Positions 22,571-33,379 of a stretch of DNA of 33,379 bases are shown here, piece by piece (positions within the stretch are counted from its first letter, which is position 1; every line of letters starts with the position of its first letter). This stretch comes from Octopus bimaculoides. Its lineage: Eukaryota. A model generated the notes under the pieces. That model did not search any database. It was not told the DNA's origin and saw only the letters and a program-made list of their open reading frames with translations. The position numbers and the translations under genes were made by a program. The stretch spans positions 158,309,297 through 158,342,675 of the forward strand of contig NC_068982.1 in assembly GCF_001194135.2 (NCBI RefSeq). The letters run 5' to 3'.

Positions 22571-25255
22571 ATATTCATATGACGCTTCTGTTTATAACCT
22601 AGCCTTGCGAAGTAGATGAATTTCATTGATTCTTGAGGTATTAAATGCAATTCTTAACATGTTATGAAGTATATATGTGAAAGGTGAGTAACATTTTCCA
22701 TTACACAATCACTTAATTACTGACTTTGTATTCAACGTATCTGCTAATGCTATAGAAAATGCATCATAATCATTTTATTGCATTTTATTTTTCCCCCCAG
22801 ATAACTCAAGTCGTTTGAAAAAAATATGTATATCATTAATGTTTTAATTCTGAATATAATTGTGTTTTACATTGTCGCATTTTTCTTGCTCTTGTTTGGA
22901 ATTGGGATTATGTCTGGAATCATTATCATTGATATAAAAGTGAAAGGTAAGTTACTCTCATTACCGTTACATTCAAGACAGCAAATTTCTAATGACATTT
23001 TCAAAGACCAAAATAGACTTATTTGCAATTACGTAGATGATCATGCATGTTTATCAGAATTTTTGTATTTCTGACATGAATATTTACATATATAAATATG
23101 TGAAATACGTGTATTCAACAACGAGATTAAGATAACCTAATTTCACTGTTCGTGGGCATCCTGAGAAGTTCTTGGGCGCCAACAAATCCTTGTGATTTTA
23201 ATATAAATTAAAATTTAGCTTAAATATCTATAATTTAAAACTATATATCTGTCTACGTCGAATATCCTAAGCTTATGGCAGATATCAGATTTACGGGCGC
23301 CCATTATCATTATTCCCATAAGAAAGTAGTTGGCATTTAAACATTCGTATGAACGTTTGGACATGATCTGGTGCTTGGATTCGACGCTTGTGTGATTCAT
23401 ACCACAAATGATGATCTCAAAGAAACGAATATATGGCATAATATACGTAAATAGATGCTGTTATTACACATTTTTTTCTTCTGCTTTGTGCTTTATTTTT
23501 CACTAGCTTATATGACGACACATCTTTCAGAAAAAATAAGCGAAAGCAAACGTGAAAAAGTATATTTTCTCAGAAGATACCAAATTAAATACTGAATTTA
23601 TGCGTTTACTCTAGCTAGATCAAATTATGATTGCAATCTTTTTCTATATTCGCAATAAAAATGGGATGTTTTCATTACACAACAACTCCAATAAATAACT
23701 AGTTTCCGTATTCCAACTTCGCTTAAGGCATGCTGCATACAAAAGTAAAAAAAAACAACAAAGTTTTATATGAAAATGTTAATGGAAGGTAAAAAAACAA
23801 ATATATATATACATATATATATCGAAAGTACTTTAAAGATTATAGGTTCTATATTTTAATAGTGAACATCCAATTATACACTAAGATATTTAGTATAGGA
23901 ACATATATCTGCAAGAGGAAATTTCATTTCAGATATTTCCGTTAATAGGAAAAGAACTAGCGACACGCATTNNNNNNNNNNNNNNNNNNNNNNNNNNNNN
24001 NNNNNNNNNNNNNNNNNNNNNNNNNNNNNNNNNNNNNNNNNNNNNNNNNNNNNNNNNNNNNNNNNNNNNNNNNNNNNNNNNNNNNNNNNNNNNNNNNNNN
24101 NNNNNNNNNNNNNNNNNNNNNNNNNNNNNNNNNNNNNNNNNNNNNNNNNNNNNNNNNNNNNNNNNNNNNNNNNNNNNNNNNNNNNNNNNNNNNNNNNNNN
24201 NNNNNNNNNNNNNNNNNNNNNNNNNNNNNNNNNNNNNNNNNNNNNNNNNNNNNNNNNNNNNNNNNNNNNNNNNNNNNNNNNNNNNNNNNNNNNNNNNNNN
24301 NNNNNNNNNNNNNNNNNNNNNNNNNNNNNNNNNNNNNNNNNNNTATGCGTTTTAGTATGTGTTTATGTGTGCTTGGACGTGTGTGTGTGAGTATTAAAGA
24401 TGAAGATAGGGAAGTATATAACGATATATTGATACATTCTCGTGAAGTGCACTAGAGAGTAAGTTTATTAGTCTTATCAATACATACATTGCATTTTTTT
24501 TATCGTACTTGAATATTGATTCCTGTCATTGAAAAAACACAGCGAAGTATAGTGGTAAGGAAATGTGTGTGCAAGATTTATGATTATCTTAAGGGCATTA
24601 GCAAAAGGAGTGTAATGAAAAGGCCGCAGCTGAGAATCGAAACATACTAGTATACAGTGCTTGTGGGCTTTCATTAAAAGCATAGTGCCCACCAACGACT
24701 GTTAATATTATCTCACTGGACTATATTGTATTTAGTTTACCAATCTACTATCTAGGTTTCAGAATCTAGACTCTATTATTTTGACACCCTTTGGCGTTGA
24801 GAGAATAAGCATTAGCCACACACTAAGCTCCACAAACTTCAATATTTCTGGTAACTGAAGAAATTGTATACTTTTAATAAATATACAGAACGATATAATC
24901 TACGTGAAAGAGAGCAATGGTATATAAAACAAAATCACAAAATAGTATTATTACAAATACGATTTGAGGTATAATAAACTCCATACACCTCCTTTGAAAA
25001 CGTAATTTTCGTAAATGTACAAAGTAATTATTTTGACAGCAAATAACTATATACAATTTTCTACAACAAAAATTTAGGTGTAGACGTGATTAGATTTTTA
25101 AGAACCACTCGAAATCTCTCTGAGATTGTAATCATTTTCATATTATGTGTGTATGTGTGTGTTGGCCAGACTACTTTGCCAGTGGGAAACGTCATTTGAA
25201 GGGTAAAATAATGCGAGGAAGTGCATTGTCTGAGCAATAGGGGATACAGTGATAT

Positions 25256-25287
<32 letters not shown>

Positions 25288-25619
25288 ATATATATATATA
25301 GTAATATTCTGAATCTCCAATCATGTTTATACGACCCGATACACAATCAATGGAACTGCATGAAGTATTTCTACCAGCCCTGCATATATTTTGAATATTT
25401 CCTCCGAATTTAATATACAATCAATTGCGCAGGCATAATTCTAAAGATGTAGAATCACTTGACCACACATCTACTTCCTTTGTTACGAGGAAGAGTTCAC
25501 AAATTCATATTTCCTGATTATATACTGTAATCCCTGTAATAAACAATATAGTCACAGTTCAAATTACCACGCCTTTCTGTATACCTTTTCAAAGAATCAA
25601 ACATGAAAACTGGTAACTT

Positions 25620-26280
25620 TGCATTTGTGTATATGAAGAGAATGACTTACAGACTCCTAGCATGGTTTTCGACCAAGTAGAAGCTACTTGACACAGCGCT
25701 TACAGACTGTGATTGGTTATTAAAGCAGCTGCTCAACTACGCAAATATGCACGTCATATATCTCGACTTTGTAAATGCGTTTGATAAAGTCTGCCATAGT
25801 AATTTCAGCGGGAGAGATATTTAATAATATACATATGGAAAATACTGGAAGGACTGGTGCCAAACTTTGGTATCAAGTACTACAGGAATGCCCGCACGGG
25901 TCGCCACTGCATGGTGCCAAAGGTACCGTCCACTGCATCTCACATAAGAACGAGATACTGCAGCAGCCTCGGTTTCAGAGGACCTCAGCTCTTCAATGCC
26001 CTGCCAAAACATTTGAGAGACATGCAAGACATGGATGCGGAAGTCTTCAAGACAAAACTTGACGCTTTCCTCTCCACGATACCAGACGAACCAATGGCTC
26101 GTAATGAGACGCAGTTTAGGGCAGCTATGTCAAATTCTCTTATACACCAGATGTGCCATCAAAACTCTTGATTGGACCATGTCGGGTGGGGGAGAAGAGC
26201 CATACAAGGAACGTGAAAATCACGGTGGTGCACCAGCATGACCGCAGCCACTTGGATGAAACACATAAATAAAAAAAACA
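25620..26280 (+). mobile_element. CR1-type LINE 3' fragment with a large internal RT deletion
   Basis: LTDS*HGFRPSRSYLTQ...HVIYLDFVNAFDKVCHS is joined directly to RERYLIIYIWKILEGLVPNFGIKYYRNARTGRHCMVPKV...GFRGPQLFNALPKHLRD...FKTKLDAFLSTIPDEP...RAAMSNSLIHQ, followed by a 3'UTR ending in an A-rich tail at about 26265-26280. Confidence 0.85.
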
Positions 26281-26344
26281 TAGTAAAATAAAAACAAACT
26301 TGGAGTAGATACATGACATTCTAAAAAATAGAAATTAGGTTGTA

Positions 26345-27360
26345 GCAGCCAACGGACGACATCTCAGGAAACACAAAGTATGGTGCCCCACTGCTATTCA
26401 TAGTGGCCCTCTCAGTCACAGCCTCAGCTGTTCAGATAGCCCACCCTTGCTAGCTATGCAGATGATGCAAAAATCTCTCAGCGGATACATAGTCTTCGAC
26501 AAATTGCGCACTTAAAGCAGGAGATGACTGCAATATACAGGTAGGATAAAGGCAATAACATGCAGTTTAGTCCTTGAACACTCCAAGCGCTGCCTCGTCA
26601 GCACAAGAAACTGAATAAAAAGCAAAGAGGATATACTGAGTCGGGGATTGATCGCAATCCCTGAATCAAAATCAGTGTGCGACATACGCATTGAAATGAA
26701 TAATGATCCAACTTTCCAGGTGTATATTACCAAGTAGCAAATAAAATGTAGACGGCTGGGAGGGTGGGCTCTTATAACTTTCAGTACGATACGACAGGTA
26801 TCAATGATCGTCTTCTGGAGGACTTCTGTCCACAGCACTTTTAGATAACTGCTCACAGCTATGGTCACCACACAGTGTAAAATCAACGACGGAACTGGAA
26901 ACCATTCAGGGAAGATATTAAAAAAAAGATCATCTGAATGCGACATGCCAGCTACTGGGAAAGATTGGAAAATGTAAGGCTCTTCTCCCAAGAAGAAAGG
27001 CCGGAGAGATATGTAGTGATACACACGTGGAAAATCCTAGAAGAATTTTACCGTTGTTAGTTACACCAACGGCAGAACAGGGCGCAACTGCGTAATGCAA
27101 AAAAAATCCCCAAATCTCACTCTAGATATAGAACAATATACTGTAATAACTTAGTTTTCAAGGGCGAAGTACACTTCAGTACCCTGCCAAAAATCTGAAA
27201 GTCCGACATTAGGTGGACGTAGGTGTCTTCAAAAGAAAACTGCATCGCTTCTGTCGTGAGTTCGGGACGCGCATAACTCGCGGCATGAAATGTAGGTGAG
27301 AGCAGCAACATCCATCAGAATAACTCATTTACCAAATGCCACATTTCAGAAGAGATTTCA
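26345..27360 (+). mobile_element. Second CR1-type LINE 3' fragment (RT YADD region to C-terminus), more degenerate
   Basis: PLLFIVALS...LASYADDAKISQRI...IYR*DKGNNMQF...CRRLGGWALITF...TLDNCSQLWSPHS..ELETIQ..SYWERLE..RLFSQE.RPERYVVIHTWKILE...VFKRKL.RFL...RAA. Confidence 0.85.
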
Positions 27361-27390
27361 AGTAGTGAAACTGTAGTAAAGTTAATGGAT

Positions 27391-27429
<39 letters not shown>

Positions 27430-27855
27430 AAAAAAAGTCAACGTAAAAATGCTAAAATTATTTTGTAAAAAACATTTCCGTACTGGTTTCAGTCATTGAG
27501 ACTTTTTCAACTAACGTACGGAATACAATTCAATTTGGGAAAAATTAAAAGAAAATATTTTAAAAAGAATATTTGAATAGTACTCAAATACAAGGGGCAT
27601 TTTCCTTTCTTTCTGCTTGTCTCTGTCTCTCTTGTTCACTCTTGTAGATTCGAGGCATTTTCTACCTTGAATTTTTTCCATATATATCAACTCATGCGTT
27701 CCTTTTCAACCTTCTACACATACACACATGCACACACACACACACACNNNNNNNNNNNNNNNNNCAAAGAGAGAAAAAATACAAGTAAAAAAACAACACG
27801 AGGACGTGGTACATGTAAAGTATTAATAAAACACTCAGGGAAGGAAAGAAATGGT

Positions 27856-27890
27856 GTTTTACGTTTCAATCAAAACTCTTCTTCAGAAAC
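27856..27890 (-). ncRNA. Degenerate minimal hammerhead-like motif
   Basis: Minus strand GTTT CTGAAGA AGAGTTTTGATT GAAAC GTA AAAC. Core and stem I (GTTT/AAAC) are intact; stem II pairs poorly; stem III is the ACGT palindrome. Confidence 0.45.
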
Positions 27891-28039
27891 AGAAGACAGA
27901 GGAAAGTCCGAAACAAAAGGACGGGCGTATAAAACTGCCAACAGTCTACATATAGCTACATTTTGGAATTACCGGAAATAGATGGACAAAGAGAAGTGCT
28001 TTCTAAGACAGGAGAGTGCAAAGAAAGATTGTATCTGTA

Positions 28040-28590
28040 TGTGTGCGCGCGCGCGTGTGATAGCATGTGTATGTGTGCTTATGACAGCGTGTGTGTGTGT
28101 GTGGCAGTAACTTAGTGTGTGTGTGTGTGTGTGCTGTGGTGGTAGTTTTATGTGTTCATGATACCGTGTTTGTGTAAGGTAACTTGTGTGCGTGTAGCAG
28201 TAACTGGGTGCATGTGTGTTGCAGTAACTGAGTGCGTATGCGTGTGGTGGTAACTGTGTGTGTGTGATTATCGTGTGTGTGGTATTAACTGTTTATATGT
28301 GTATCTGTGAGCGACTGTTGTCTGTGTTAATGTCGTAGTAAGAGGTCAGCAGCTGTGGTACCAGGTGTGGTTGTTTTTGTGGTGTTGTGTGATTTTGCGC
28401 ATGTGTGTAAATGGGATGGTCAGTAGTAGGGTGTTTAGGAGGCAGCCACAAAGGTGTGTGAATGTATTTATGGATGTGAGTGTATTTATGTGTGTGCGTT
28501 TGAATGTGTATGTGCATGTATTTGTGTGTGTGTGTGTGTGTGTGCCTGCGTGTGCGCACGTACGCACACGCACGTACACACACACATATA
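28040..28590. repeat. (TG)-rich low-complexity tract including a GTAACT-punctuated minisatellite-like segment
   Basis: Directly visible. Confidence 0.8.
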
Positions 28591-29405
28591 ATTTACTCAT
28601 CGATGTAACTTCAAAAATCTAGTAAAGTTGTATCACTTTGACAGAGAGTAATCGGTAGAGGCTTGAGTGAATAAAGAATTCATGTAGAAAAGCTTGACTG
28701 AAGGATATCTATAAAAGCGTAAACTTTGCGAATTCATGGATAATGACTAATGGGATGGTGCTTGTGTACATATACAAACCTTTCCAAATTCTAACTCCCA
28801 ACTGTTATTCCGCTAAAATAATAAGAAAAATATGAGTTTAAGTCACAAATTGTAGAAACATTTTATAACAAGTTGATTCTGACCAAAACCCACCTGAGCA
28901 CTAAATATACATTCAAAAAGTAAACAGCACTATTGCTAATAGTCATTAAACGAAACGTGCCTTCTTTTTAAAGTCATATACTCATATGCAGTACGTGATG
29001 GTTTTCTATAAAACATGACTCCCTCCTTCATCTTCAGAACTGACGATTTTTCACACTATAAGTTTTGAGAAGAACGATGCACATTGAAAAAACTACTTAC
29101 AAGTATATATATACCCAATGCATTTACTTATGCGTCCTTACTAAGAAAAAAAAACCGACTCTCCCTGTATATAAATAATGTAATTCTATAGATTGCTAAA
29201 TCTAAATGCCGATACGAAGCGATTGGAATTTTTTCTTTACTTATAGTTTTTCTATAAGTCGATTTTTACCGACATCATTTTCTTCGATGTAACAAGTGGA
29301 ATAGATGTATTTCTGGACGCAATCACGTGCGCACGCACACACACACGTCTGTGTGTATATTTATATCTATGTATTTTTTGTATACATACAAAAAATTTAT
29401 TATTG

Positions 29406-29437
<32 letters not shown>

Positions 29438-29584
29438 ACGAATATATAAGTATGTTAGAGTGATCGTATAAATATATTATATACATATATACGCGTGTAT
29501 GCATATGTCTGTATATACATATTTCTGTACGAAGATATAGAATATGTGTTATATTTATATCCATACATACATACATAAATACAG

Positions 29585-29618
<34 letters not shown>

Positions 29619-29619
29619 G

Positions 29620-30004
29620 CAAGGGTTGGACAAAATAATGGAAACACCTACCATCATCGCATAATAATTTTGAAACATCTATAAAACCGTCAATAGCTTG
29701 TTTCTTTATGTTTTTTGATTTATTATTAGTGTTGCTTAATATGTTTTGATAAAATTGATGTTTCTTTTAAGATATATTCAGAAAAAGGTAATTAAAATTC
29801 ACTAAAATGTCAGATGTATCGGTCTTCCAAAGATGTCAAAGTGTTGGTGCCTGTATGGCAGGCGTTAGCGTAACGAAACAGCCGAAATGTTTGGTGTATC
29901 AAGAAGTAATGTCTCGAAAGTAATGACAGCCTTTGAAGAAAACTAAAGCTTTCAGAAGGGACCGTCGAATTCTCACACGAATTGTTAGAAAGGATCACAA
30001 AAGT
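29620..30004 (+). mobile_element. Tc1/mariner-superfamily DNA transposon, 5' fragment (left end and N-terminal HTH of the transposase)
   Basis: TIR-like start caagggttggacaaaataatggaaacacc after a (TA)n array; from ATG 29807, MSDVSVFQRCQSVGACMAGVSVTK.AEMFGVSRSNVSKVMTAFE..KLSEGDRRILTRIVRKDHKST, a Tc1-type paired-like HTH. No right end seen. Confidence 0.85.
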
Positions 30005-30154
30005 ACATATACATGTATACGACAAGCTTCTTTCAGTTTCCGTCTACCAAATCCACTCACTAGGCCTTGGTTGGCCCGAGGCTATAGTAGAAGACACTTG
30101 CTAAAAATGCCACACAATGGGACTGAACCCAGAACCAAGTAGTTGGTAAGCAAG
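30005..30154 (-). mobile_element. tRNA-derived SINE body, with its head displaced to 32274-32310
   Basis: Minus strand CTTGCTTACCAAC..TGGTTCTGGGTTCAGTCCC..GCAAGTGTCTTCTACTATAGCCTCGGGCC..GTGAGTGGATTTGGTAGACGGAAACTGAAAGAAGC, colinear with 14773-14902 except for the missing first 28 nt. Confidence 0.9.
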
Positions 30155-32273
30155 GTAATTTATTTCATTATATCGGCTATGAAAGCCGTACACAGATTAA
30201 GTAGCTGTGGGCTGGACAAAGATATTAATGAAATAAGATGAATAATGAACACGATGATATTAATGAGAGGAGGCAGAAGTCGCCCGCCGAACTCTGCTAC
30301 TCTAAAACATTGTTATTTTATAAATTTACATATAAATTTACAAATTGAGGCTACAAACCTCTTACCACAATATCAAATAACACCATGTCTTTGAAATGAG
30401 GCACTTGCCTTTTACAATTTTCTTTTCATGGGTCACATGCCCTTTCAGTATGAGGCACTCGTCCTCGTACACGTTTCCGCGCTGTCTTCACCCGACAAGG
30501 CTGAGTGCCTTACTCAAGCACCTCGATGGTTCAAGTTCGGGCCACTTCAGCCAGGTGTGGAATGCGTCCTCGGGGAAGGAGTCCATCACCCTGCACAAGT
30601 CTCTTTTCCCACACGACCTCCGCAGCTACCTGCGGAGGCCAATCAGGGTCCTTAGTACCGTTGAGGAGCCATCCCCTCCGACCTTTCCTAGTAAACCTCT
30701 TAACGAATTCTTGAATTGTCCCTCCCTTGTGAAATAGGATTAAAAATTCCTCTTCCACATAAGGCGAGTATCTATCGTCGGTGGCACAATTCCCACCCAG
30801 GGGCCTTCTTCCGTCGGTGGCACAATTCGCACCGACGGTGCTTCGGGACACGCCGGCGGTACGCTATCAGCCACTGACCGTGTCCCGTTCTTCCTTTTCT
30901 TCTTCCTTTTTGGGCCACAGGAGTAGGGGACTCTTCCGCCTTAACCGTAAGGTCCTCCCCCTCCCTCGCAGCATTCGAATCCTTCAGTGGACAACCATTC
31001 TTGTCCACATTCTTTTTTTTCTTTTTTTTGAGTAGGTTTCAGTCTCCTCGACTTCCTCCGTCTCTCCCTCTAATGGAGGAGCGGTGACACTACATTTATT
31101 AACTGCTCCAAGACTCTACTCTGATCCTGGGGACAGTTTTTCTTAATGTAGCCAGGCTCAGGGCACAGCTGACACTTGGGGGAGTGGCTCCCTCAAGGAT
31201 CACCGGATACTTGGACCCGGACATTCTTAGAAAATCTGGGAAGACCAGATCTTTGGCTGATTGGGTCCACAGAGTTAAAACAGCTTTTGACCCAACCCAA
31301 TTAGCCACAAGCAGAATTTTAATGTTTAGGAGCTTGGATCCGCTACCACCCAGACCCCGGTGGATAGTATCCTCTATCCACTTGGGTTCTATCCTGAGTG
31401 GCAGCCCACAGACCCAAGCTCTTGTTAATTTCCTCCCACAGTATGTGGGAAGAAATAGAATATTTGCCCTTCTAAGGGCTGGCTCGTAGACTTGCGAGCC
31501 ACCTCAGGGGTGTCAGATAGCAACCACAGCGTTGCGTACTTGACACCCATGGCAATAAACGTAATAGTTGGCTTTTCAATTTCAACTTTGGGAAAGACCG
31601 TTATGGTGTCCAGTGACATAGTGTACGTCCTCAACACCACCGTACTTTCTCTTAAGTCTTTTAACCACTGCTTGGATGACACAATCTCCCACTCCAACGC
31701 AGTGACTCCCTTCTTTGTCATGCTTGCCGAAAAAGTAAAAAAAAAGTTCACAACAAAAAGTTCAAAAAAAGAAAAAAAGTGCAGAAAGACAGAGTAGAAA
31801 AAAAGAAAGAAGAAAGACAGTTCAAGTCACAGCAACGCACAATTCCGGCCACCCGGTAATCCTGACCTACAGGTATTCCAATGAAGGTCCTTCAAAAAGC
31901 TACTGCAGGTCCACAGCAGCAGGATCACAAAAAACTCTTCCACAAATTGGTAGAATTTTTCAAAATTTCACAAATTTTTCGGAGGCGAGATACGCCCACA
32001 AAAACCCCAAGTAAGTGAGATACAATATCTTGTTCGCTAAAGCGAGCCACAATTTAAAGTCGCCAAGAGCACACGAAATGGTACCTGAGCTAGGTAGAAA
32101 TTTACTGAAAAATGAAAACACACAATAAATTCCCACCCAGTTTGAAAGGACAAAAAACCGACTTAAACTGACGACTTCCTTTTAGCCTTTTTTCTTCTTT
32201 GAAGTAACGGAGTTAAAAGCTCACGTCCCCTCTGTCTGGAAGCAACAAACCAACTAACGACGCATGCGCCGAA
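30155..32273 (-). mobile_element. 2.1-kb non-autonomous LINE-derived element carrying only an L1/Tx1-like ORF1, with a 9-bp TSD
   Basis: Flanked by gtaagcaag (30146-30154) and gtaggcaag (32274-32282); splits a SINE; about 550-nt U-rich 5'UTR; ORF1-like frame from ATG 31721; no APE or RT motifs and no TIRs seen. Confidence 0.75.
30426..31721 (-). pseudogene. Frameshifted gag-like ORF1 with a CCHC zinc knuckle
   Basis: MTKKGVTALEWEIVSSKQWLKDLRESTVVLRTY..TVFPKVEIEK...FFPHTVG / LTRAWVCGLPLRIEPKWIED...YPVILEG / PKCQLCPEPGYIKKNCPQ (C-X2-C-X4-Y-X4-C at 31174-31133, His replaced by Tyr), followed by a K/E/R-rich tail. The 3' limit is uncertain. Confidence 0.7.
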
Positions 32274-32310
32274 GTAGGCAAGCTGCTTACCACACAGCCA
32301 CTCCTGCGCC
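32274..32310 (-). mobile_element. SINE head (A-box region) separated from its body by the 2.1-kb insertion
   Basis: Minus strand GGCGCAGGAGTGGCTGTGTGGTAAGCAGCTTGCCTAC, matching the start of the SINE at 14773. Confidence 0.9.
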
Positions 32311-33074
32311 TATATATATATATATAAGATCATTTACCTTTTGCACGTTAGCGTATTAATTAGGTCTAAATTATTCCAATACTGAAACTACTTTACACTC
32401 CATTTATATGTATATACTCTATTCTGAAGAATCTGTAGGAAGCATATATTGGGATTTAGGTTATAGCATAAAAGGGTTTCATAAATTTTAAATCATTACA
32501 GAAGCCAAATTATTTTGATTTCTTGTCCTTCATTACCAACGTTCCAATGCTGTAATTAAAATAATATATAATTTGTTTTATTAAGTTCTTATTTACATCT
32601 TTATTATTTATATAACTACCTGTTCGGGCTAAGTTTTGAAAACATATATCCATGTTGATCATATTGTTCAATGAGATCATGTTCAACGAAAATAAAAATG
32701 TTCACAAAAGAAATTATGATAAAAATAATGATAAATTATAAATATGAAATGACAATTATAGCCATTAGAACGAAATAATATTTATATTCAAGAAATACAA
32801 GATTAAAAATACGCAAAGATATACGAATAAAGATAGAAATTACAATAGAAGTAGAAGATAAGAGAAACCATATTTTTCGGCATAAAGCTCCAATCAAACG
32901 ACAAGGTACAAAGATTAAAAAAATTATAAACTAAAAACTAAAATTATCGAATCGATGTGATATCCCGTAGTAGAGCTCTATTACAGGATGATGAGAGCCG
33001 ACAGCACTAGAGATAGAGATAGTTATGAGGTTAGTAGGAATGCAACGGATTTGAGATAATGAGAGTGAATGGCA

Positions 33075-33311
33075 GAAACTTAAAGAATTTTATTGGATTG
33101 CGTCGACCTCAAGACTTATTTTTATTAAACACTGATACTTACTCTATCGGTGTCTTTTGCCGAAACGCTAAGCTACTGGGATGTAAGTAAAACAACAACG
33201 ACTGAAAAGTGGTGGTGGAGGAAACAGAGACAAAGTCACACACGCACACATGCACACACACACACACACACACACGCACAGACACTCAAACACACACACG
33301 CTCACACACAA

Positions 33312-33379
<68 letters not shown>
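33075..33379 (-). mobile_element. SINE 3' body plus internal (CA)n/(TA)n microsatellite; the head probably lies beyond the window
   Basis: gtcgacctcaagacttatt...gatacttactctatcggtgtcttttgccgaaacgctaagctactgggatgtaa...ggtggtggaggaaacagagacaaa..cacac resembles the recalled 3' half of the octopus SINE. Confidence 0.65.

Noticed and set aside
22770-23074. Strong-looking acceptor (ttttttccccccag at 22800) followed by an 82-aa hydrophobic ORF
   Set aside because: An in-frame stop lies directly after the acceptor, the other frames close quickly, and the hydrophobicity is explained by T-rich composition.

Overview
AT-rich, microsatellite-dense, N-gapped eukaryotic DNA with no supportable host protein-coding exon. 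The SINE families look like octopus/coleoid cephalopod repeats, which is recalled rather than searched. All recognisable coding remnants are transposon-derived: (1) a 5'-truncated R4/Dong-clade RLE-type LINE (4307-5779, minus) flanked by TATG repeats; (2) three distinct Penelope-like element (PLE) pieces between 13.4 and 19.7 kb, with GIY-YIG endonucleases, one RT, inverted pseudo-LTR arms and hammerhead ribozyme motifs, of which 15935-15986 (minus) has an intact catalytic core; (3) two tandem CR1-type LINE 3' fragments (25.6-27.4 kb); (4) a Tc1 5' fragment; (5) a 2.1-kb element encoding only an L1/Tx1-like ORF1 with a zinc knuckle, inserted inside a tRNA-derived SINE with a 9-bp target-site duplication. 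There is also a perfect 144-bp palindrome centred on (TA)16. Most ORFs in the supplied track are microsatellite or gap artefacts. All translations and alignments were done by eye.
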